A stretch of 64,000 nt of DNA from Octopus vulgaris (lineage: Eukaryota), in the NCBI GenBank assembly GCA_951406725.2, contig OX597819.1:8060001-8124000 (forward strand), written 5' to 3'. Numbering within the stretch: position 1 is the first letter of the stretch; the number at the start of each line of letters is the position of its first letter. A model generated the notes under the pieces. It did no database searches. It saw only the letters and a list, made by a program, of their open reading frames with translations, and was not told the DNA's origin. This document shows positions 57,150 through 64,000 of this stretch, piece by piece. The position numbers were made by a program, and so were the translations under genes.

Positions 57150-57845
57150 TACATACATACTGATGTTCATCGCGATAAAATTTTGAATTTCTGAATTTTT
57201 TTCTTTTTATAAGATTTACTATTCCTGCTCCATATCTCATCAAAACAATCGCTCACGTGTTAATTGTTCTAATCTTATAGCGACCATTTAGCTTCCATTG
57301 GAGCACACGCCGAGTTCTCCTCAAATACTCTTTCCTGTACATTTCATTCATCTTGTGTTCATTCATCTTACCTCTTTCAAGGATACTCAGGTACTTACAT
57401 CCTTCCTCTCCGACTTCCTTTATACTCTCACCACTTTCCAGCTTGATCCCATAGCTTCTATTGATTCTTCCTACTTTTTAGGATCATTACACCACATTTC
57501 TCGATCCCAAATTCCATGCTTATATCTTTGCTAATCGTCTGCACAGTTGCCGTCAAACTCTCAATTTCTGCCTCCGTCTTAGCGAATAGCTTCAGGTCAT
57601 CCATAAACCACAGGTTGTTTATTTTTACCTTGCCTACTCTTTTACTCTTTTACTTGTTTCAGTCATTTGACTGCGGCCATGCTGGAGCACAGCCTTTAGT
57701 CGAGCAAATCGACCCCGGGACTTATTCTTTGTAAGCCCAGTACTTATTCTATCGGTCTGTTTTGCCGAACCGCTAAGTGACGGGGACGTAAACACACCAG
57801 CATCGGTTGTCAAGCAATGCTAGGGGGACAAACACAGACACACAA

Positions 57846-57886
<41 letters not shown>

Positions 57887-58035
57887 CATATATACGACAG
57901 GCTTCTTTCAGTTTCCGTCTACCAAATCCACTCACAAGGTATTGGTCGGCCTGGGGCTATAGCAGAAGACACTTGCGCAAGATGCCACGCAGTGGGACTG
58001 AACCCGGAACCATGTGGTTGGTAAGCAAGCTACTT

Positions 58036-60190
58036 TATTTCAACAATTTTGCCACTAGGGCAGTACACAGAGTAGCTACGGGCTGGACAAAGACATTAAT
58101 GGATGATGGTGGTGGTGGATGAAGATGGTGATGGGAGAAGTCAAAAAGCGCCCGCCGACTTCCGCTTCTCTAAGACATTGTTCTTTTTTTTATTTCTTTT
58201 TTCTTTAGTTTCAATAAATCGACATGAGGTTGCAAACCTCTTACACGAAGGAGGCACTAAAACCTCTTACAAAGTTCTTTTTTTCATTTCTTTTGCCACA
58301 AGGGCAGTATATGAATTCACAAAAATTCTCCCTGTCAGGTCCCCGAAGCAAATTGTCTTGCCGCCTGCAGACAACCCTGCGACGACAAGTCGAGGCCTGC
58401 AAAGAGAAAAGTAAAATGTTTCCTCTCAAAGGTCTTTGTGACCCTTGACAAAATGTTTTCCGTTACTACCTCCGCAGCTACCCACGGAGGCCATAACGGA
58501 CTCCTTGAGCTGACCGTGTCCTTGCGTTCTCGGTCACCCAAGCCATTCAAAAACTTTTCCACCTTCCCTCCCTTGTGGTAAAGGAGGAGAAACAACTCCT
58601 CTTCACAGGAAGGGACCTCACACTGATCCGTCAGTGGCACACTTTCCACTGACGGAGCACTGTCCGCGAGTGGCACACGTCCCACCCGCGGCTCCGTCGG
58701 CGACACAGAAACGTCAGCCGTCCGACCTCTTTTTTTTTTTTTTTTTTTTTTTTCCTCTTTTTTTTAGAGGCTGCTAGCCCGGGGGCTCCTTCGGCAGACA
58801 CGGGGCGTCGCTATCCTCCTCCTCCGTGTGTACGTTCTTTGGTGAGCAACCATTGTTGCTCACCTGTCTTTTTCTTTTCGTGGAGGCAACCTCCTCCATG
58901 ACTTCCACCGTCTCCCCCTCCAATGAGGGGGCAGCGGGCACCTTTTCCTTTTCATGCTCCGGGGCAGCACCACGGCCACCGGGACACTTCCTCTTGATAT
59001 GTCCAGGCTCCAGGCACAGGTGACACTTGGGGGGGGGGCGTCCCTCAAGCATCACCGGATACCTGTACCCGGCCATCCTCAAAAAGTCCGGTAAAACCAG
59101 ACTTTTGGCTGACTGGGTCCATAGGGTCAAAACAGCTCTTGACCCCTCCCAATCAGCCGCAGGCTGTACTTTTACGTTCAGTAGCTTGGAACTGCTACCA
59201 TCCAAGCCCCGGCGGATAGAGTCCTCTATCCACTCGGGCTCAACGCCTGGTGGTAAGCCGCAGATCCAAGCTCTCAACAATTTTTCTCCCTTGTAATTTG
59301 GGAGAAACAATATTTGTTTGCCCTCAATGGGCTGGCTTGCAAATTCGCAAGCTGCTTTAGGGGAGTCAAATAGCAACCAAACCGTTGCGTATTTAACTCC
59401 CCGTGCGATATATTTAACGGCTGGCATGTAGTCTGCCAGCTCGTTAACAATAGTGGCCTTTGGAAAGACTGCTATGGTGTCGAGCGACTTCGAATATGTC
59501 CTCAGCACCACGGTCTTTTCCTCGAGCTCATTCAAATATTTTTTGGGAGGTGTCAAATCCCACACAGTGAATTTCTTTGCCATAACGTAAGATTTAAAAA
59601 CAGTTCAAAATGTGATAAAATAAAATAAGACACAGAAAGGAGAATGAAAAATACAACAGAAGGGAAGAAATAAAATTAGAAATAGCAGTTCAAAAAAAGT
59701 TCTTTTTTAAAAAAATAAATGATAGACGGAGAAAGAGAGTTCAAATCCAGATAAAGGAATTAATTTTTTCTTTTTTTTTTTTTGTTTTCACTTTTTTTGG
59801 CCAAAAAATTGTATTCCAGGCCAAATGCACAGTTGGTAAAACACCTTGATAAAATAATCCTTGGTACTCCTTGGTAATTCCCGTGGATAACACAAAGACA
59901 ATTTCATACACAATTTTTGCAGACGGACTACGCCGCTTTAAAAATACAATTCTCACTGCAAAGTGAGTCTTTACACTCGACAACAGGCAGAAAAATTACA
60001 TCTGGAGCAAAGTGGAGTTTATTATCTGCTAAAAATATTAAATGCTAAAAAACATTAAATGCAAGTAATAGACTTCACTAAGCTCCCCAAAATACAAAAC
60101 GCCTACCTGTAGTCGAGTCAAAAGTTCAACAATTCACGTTAAAACGTGACATTTGCCGGAGCGAAGAAAAAACGCGTCCGTTCGGTGAGA
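58036..60190 (-). mobile_element. ORF1-only non-autonomous non-LTR element (Tx1/L1-like), 2155 bp
   Basis: 9-bp TSD AAGCTACTT at 58027-58035 and 60191-60199; ~600 bp leader, gag-like ORF, no recognisable RT or endonuclease. Confidence 0.8.
58774..59583 (-). CDS. ORF1-like nucleic-acid-binding protein with a CCHC zinc knuckle (269 aa)
   Basis: Uninterrupted non-repetitive ORF; CHLCLEPGHIKRKC = CX2CX4HX4C preceded by LEGRPP; RAWICGLPPGV resembles the RRM-like segment of Tx1/L1 ORF1 proteins. Confidence 0.85.
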   Translation of the reverse strand: MAKKFTVWDLTPPKKYLNELEEKTVVLRTYSKSLDTIAVFPKATIVNELADYMPAVKYIARGVKYATVWLLFDSPKAACEFASQPIEGKQILFLPNYKGEKLLRAWICGLPPGVEPEWIEDSIRRGLDGSSSKLLNVKVQPAADWEGSRAVLTLWTQSAKSLVLPDFLRMAGYRYPVMLEGRPPPKCHLCLEPGHIKRKCPGGRGAAPEHEKEKVPAAPSLEGETVEVMEEVASTKRKRQVSNNGCSPKNVHTEEEDSDAPCLPKEPPG

Positions 60191-60597
60191 AAGCTACTTA
60201 CCACACAGCCACTCCTGCGCCTATGCCTAGTATGTATCCTACACGCAACTTTCTCAAAACGCTCGTTAGCGGCAATATGCAGACAAAAAATAGGAGAGGC
60301 GACAGACTACCGTAGAAAGATTCCTCTTTTGATAAATACCTCTCCCAGCTTATCTCCTCATGCCGCGAGTTCAGTTCGCCACGTTGTCATTAAGTTTTGC
60401 ATTAACTTCAGTATGCTGTGGGCGACCTTAAAAAGTTGAAGGCATTCAATAATCCACGAGTGTGGGACCATGTCACATGGTCTCCTGTAGTCCACCCATG
60501 CCATCGCCAAACTTTTGTGTCTTTTCTTGCAGTCAGCCAGGAAAGTCTTATCGATTAGTAATTGGTCCTTCGTACTTCTACGCTTGTGTCTACACCC

Positions 60598-60598
<1 letters not shown>

Positions 60599-60675
<77 letters not shown>
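60599..60675. repeat. (TAA)n tract between two R4-clade fragments
   Basis: Direct reading. Confidence 0.95.
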
Positions 60676-60676
<1 letters not shown>

Positions 60677-61208
60677 TTCTTCCTTTTTTTTTCTTCTTTC
60701 AAATTTGCTTCCATTTCTTGCCGAGTGTCTTCCCGACTCCTAAGGCAAAGAAATTCATAGTATACATTGGTAGGCCATTAAACTAAACTCACTAGTTCGT
60801 TCATATTTTTTTTAAGTTAAATTAAAATACATGGGTAGTAATAGTTCTCACATCGACAATGCTCTTCTCAATACGTGTGATGTACCAGTTAAGACAATCT
60901 TTTGCACTTCTTGCAGGGATGGTAAGCCAGGGATCATTCTCATATAATTTTCGGTTCCCTTCTTGATCATTCCTAGTGCTCCTATGATCACTGGTATTGT
61001 AACCGTCTTGAGATGCCACATTTTCTCAATTTCAATGAGCAGGTCTTTATATTTTCTGAGCTTGTCAAACTTTTTCGCCGAGATATTATGATCACAGGGG
61101 ATGCTCATGTCGATCAATAAGCAAACTTTATTGTTTTGGTCTTTCACAACAATATCTGGTTTATTGGCTTTGATGGATCGGTCTGTATTTACTGGAAAGT
61201 CCCACCGA
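60676..61208 (-). mobile_element. R4/Dong-clade 3' fragment: restriction-like endonuclease plus 3' UTR
   Basis: KANKPDIVVKDQNNKVCLLIDMSIP..KYKDL..EIEKMW..PVIIGALG (PD..D RLE), followed by a UTR ending in (TAA)n. Confidence 0.88.
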
Positions 61209-61227
61209 ATCGTATTATTATTATTAT

Positions 61228-62706
61228 TCTATGTTTGACTTTTGCTTTATATTTGTACAAGTTGGGTCCAAGTCTCACCCAGAGACCTCAAAAGACAACA
61301 GGTTGGAAGTTCATGTTGTTGTTATGCCTAGTGTGCCATATATTTGGGGGGGGGAGGGAGATTTTGGTGTTGTACTAATGAATGTCTAAAACCGAAAATT
61401 ATGTTTGTTTTAAACCTTGAGATTACATAGAAAGTATTTTGCGTAGGATATGAGCAGTTTCCATGAGCACTATCTTTTGAATTTCTGCCATTTTGGGGTT
61501 TCCTGGTATCTGAGTTAGGTAGCTATCAGCCCTTTTTGCTATCATTCCCAGGGCACCTATGACAACAGGTATTGTTTTAGTCTTCAGGTTCCACATTTTG
61601 CTGATTTCTATTTCAAGATCTTTATATTTGCTCAGTTTTTGGTAGGTCTTGACAGATACGTTTATATCGATTGGGACAGTCATATCAATGAGGAGGCATG
61701 TTCTTTGTTTGAAGTCTTTCAATATGATGTCTGGCCTATTTGCATCTATCTTTCTGTCAGTTTGAATGGTGAAGTTCCAGAGGAGTGAGATGTGGTCATT
61801 TTCAAGCACTGGGGGTGGTTTGTGTTCCCACCAGTTTTTTTTTCATGGGGCAAATCCAGGTTTTTGCAGATTACCCAGTGAATATATTGTGCAGCTCTAT
61901 CGTGTCTGTTGAGATACTCTGTAGGCGCTAGAAGACTGCACTTGGAGACCACATGGTCAATGGTTTCATTTTGTTGCTGGCATACACGACACGTTGGACT
62001 GCTTCTGATCTTTAATATGTTGGCCTGGTAGTTTCTTGTTGGTAGGCATTGATCTTGAGCTGCTATGATAAACCCCTCTGTTTCAGATTTTAAGCCAGAG
62101 GCCATTAGCCATTGATGGGTCAGGGCTTTATCAACATCTGCATTATTTGCTCTCTTTGGGTATTTGCCATAGAGAGATTTTTCTTGCCATTTATTATTCA
62201 GAATATCTAAGGCCGCAGATTTAGCACGGGTTTTCATGCGCTTAGCTTTTTCTGTGCTTGTTTCTTGTATGTCTATCTCTAATTCCGAAATTTGTTGTAT
62301 TCGGAATTCACTTAGATATTCCTTTGCCTGTTTTGTTACTGAGTATGATGCTTTCTTGTTTTCATGTTTTGAGACAAGTTTTAACATCCAGTCCTCAGAG
62401 TTTTTCAGGTATGTGTTTAGGCCAATTGTAGCAATCTTCATTGTTATTGCCAGTTGTAAAAGTCCACGGCCTCCCTCTTTTCTTGGCAGATAAAGTCGTT
62501 CTGTATCTGCCTTAGGGTGGTGCATTCTATGCATTGTCAACAGTTTTCGTATTTTTCTGTCAAGATTACATATTTCAGTAATTGACCAGTTAACGATATT
62601 GAAACTGTAAGTCACAACTGGTATGGCTAATGCATTGATCGCTTCGACCCTGTTTCTCGCATTCAGCTCTGTCTTGAGTATTGCTCTTACTCTGCGATAA
62701 CATTCT
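61228..62706 (-). mobile_element. 5'-truncated R4/Dong-clade LINE (thumb, CCHC, RLE, 3' UTR)
   Basis: CRVCQQQNETIDHVVSKC knuckle, RHD motif, RPDII..LIDMTVP..KYKDL; apparently one frameshift in an A-run near 61840 joining ORFs 61746-62834 and 61423-61809; TAA repeats on both sides. Confidence 0.93.
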
Positions 62707-62707
62707 C

Positions 62708-62750
<43 letters not shown>

Positions 62751-62754
62751 CATT

Positions 62755-62824
<70 letters not shown>

Positions 62825-62832
62825 ACAGCAGC
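62707..62832. repeat. (ATT)(ATC)(AGC) compound microsatellite
   Basis: Direct reading; gives a spurious N-terminus to the 362-aa ORF. Confidence 0.95.
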
Positions 62833-62987
62833 ATTGTCTTGGAATTGTTCCCCCTTCGCTCTGGGCAAGTTTTATGTTTTTATCTTCTCACTCGCACTGA
62901 GAAGTACACTTAAATAAATTAAAAAATTATTACGTTCGACATCCAATACATGATCTTTAGAATTAAATAACCTTATTCATGCTATTG

Positions 62988-63288
62988 TGGAGGCACATGG
63001 CAAAGTAGTTAGAGCAGCGGATTCGTGGTCGAGGGATCGCGGGTTCAAATCTCAGACCGAGCGATGTGAGTGTCTATGAGCGAAACACCAAAACTCGACG
63101 CGGCTCCGGCAGAAGGTAATGGCGAACCTCTGCTGACTCTTTCGTCACAACTTTCTCTATTTCCATCTGCACCTTACAGCTCACCTGCGACGGACCGGCG
63201 TCTCCTCCAGGTGGGGAACATATACGCCAAGGAAACCGGGAAATCAGCCCTTATGAGCCAGGCATGGCTCAAAAAAGAACAAACAACA
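62988..63288 (+). mobile_element. SINE family E (family A-like head and body, different tail)
   Basis: Aligns with family A up to cacaactttctct, then continues with an unrelated tail gaaaccgggaaatcagcccttatgagcc. Confidence 0.75.
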
Positions 63289-63423
63289 TTCATGCTATTG
63301 ATCCTTTTGAGTTATTTCCATTAGTTCTCTATAAACACAGACAAGCACACACACACTCACACACACACACACACACATAAGCACCATTGTGTGTATATCC
63401 GTGTATGTTTATATAGACACGGG

Positions 63424-63806
63424 TGGAGGCGCAATGGCCCAGTGGTTAGGGCAGCGGACTCGCGGTCGTAGGATCGCGGCTTCGATTCCCAGACCGGGCG
63501 TTATGAGTGTTTATTGAGCGAAAACACCTAAAGCTCCACGAGTCTCCGGCAGGGGATGGTGGTGATCCCTGCTGTACTCTTTCACCACAACTTTCTCTCA
63601 CTCTTACTTCCTGTTTCTGTTGTACCTGTATTTCAAAGGGCCGGCCTTGTCACTCTCTGTGTCACGCTGAATATCCCCGAGAACTACGTTAAGGGTGCAC
63701 GTGTCTGTGGAGTGCTCAGCCACTTGCACGTTAATTTCACGAGCAGGCTGTTTCGTTGATTCGGATCAACCGGAACCCTCGTCGTCGTAACCGACGGAGT
63801 GCTTCC
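63424..63806 (+). mobile_element. SINE family A
   Basis: Full-length match; TSD atatagacacgg. Confidence 0.94.
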
Positions 63807-64000
63807 ATATAGACACGGAGAACAGTCTTATTGCTGTATCGATGTGTGACACTTTCAGATGCGGTATTAGAATACTAGCCAGATGCTGTTAACATGGAGA
63901 TGGTGAAATATGTAATATTCCATCTTGGAGAAAGAAACTTACAAAACCGTTTCATCGGCTATCTCCTTAATCATCTACACATGTGTGACATATGGAAAGG

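Larger units (their letters stand above)
57637..60223 (-). mobile_element. SINE family B inserted in the R4 RT and itself split (parts 57637-58035 and 60191-60223)
   Basis: The two parts rejoin into a full family B copy; TGCCTA duplication at 57631-57636 and 60224-60229. Confidence 0.9.
57170..60598 (-). mobile_element. R4/Dong-clade LINE RT fragment (old), interrupted at 57637-60223
   Basis: Minus strand [47 protein letters not shown] | KVKINNLWFMDDLKLFAK..MEFGI..MRYGAGIVN gives RT motifs in order once the insertion is removed. Confidence 0.85.

Noticed and set aside
62707-62834. N-terminus of the 362-aa ORF
   Set aside because: It is microsatellite read-through; the LINE homology begins at about 62706.
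63424-63500. tRNA-like sequences at SINE heads
   Set aside because: They continue into SINE bodies with TSDs and lack a clean acceptor stem and terminator, so they are not tRNA genes.

Overview
AT-rich eukaryotic DNA packed with microsatellites and transposon debris; the tRNA-derived SINE families suggest an octopus/coleoid cephalopod (inference from recognition, not a search). Most ORFs in the supplied track are microsatellite or SINE artefacts. Supportable content: five SINE families in many copies, several non-autonomous Helitrons, Penelope-like (PLE) GIY-YIG remnants, Tc1/mariner and Tigger/pogo remnants, a nested RTE fragment, and a tandem array of three R4/Dong-clade LINE fragments joined by (TAA)n. 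One of those LINE fragments carries a SINE, which carries a 2.15 kb ORF1-only (Tx1/L1-like, zinc knuckle) element with a 9-bp TSD. Two complete-looking type I hammerhead ribozymes with palindromic stem III lie at 35100-35191 and 53088-53175 (minus strand), plus several degenerate ones. About 10.5 kb is duplicated on either side of a 100-N gap, most likely two unmerged haplotypes. One good and one weak candidate exon of an unidentified minus-strand host gene are visible.
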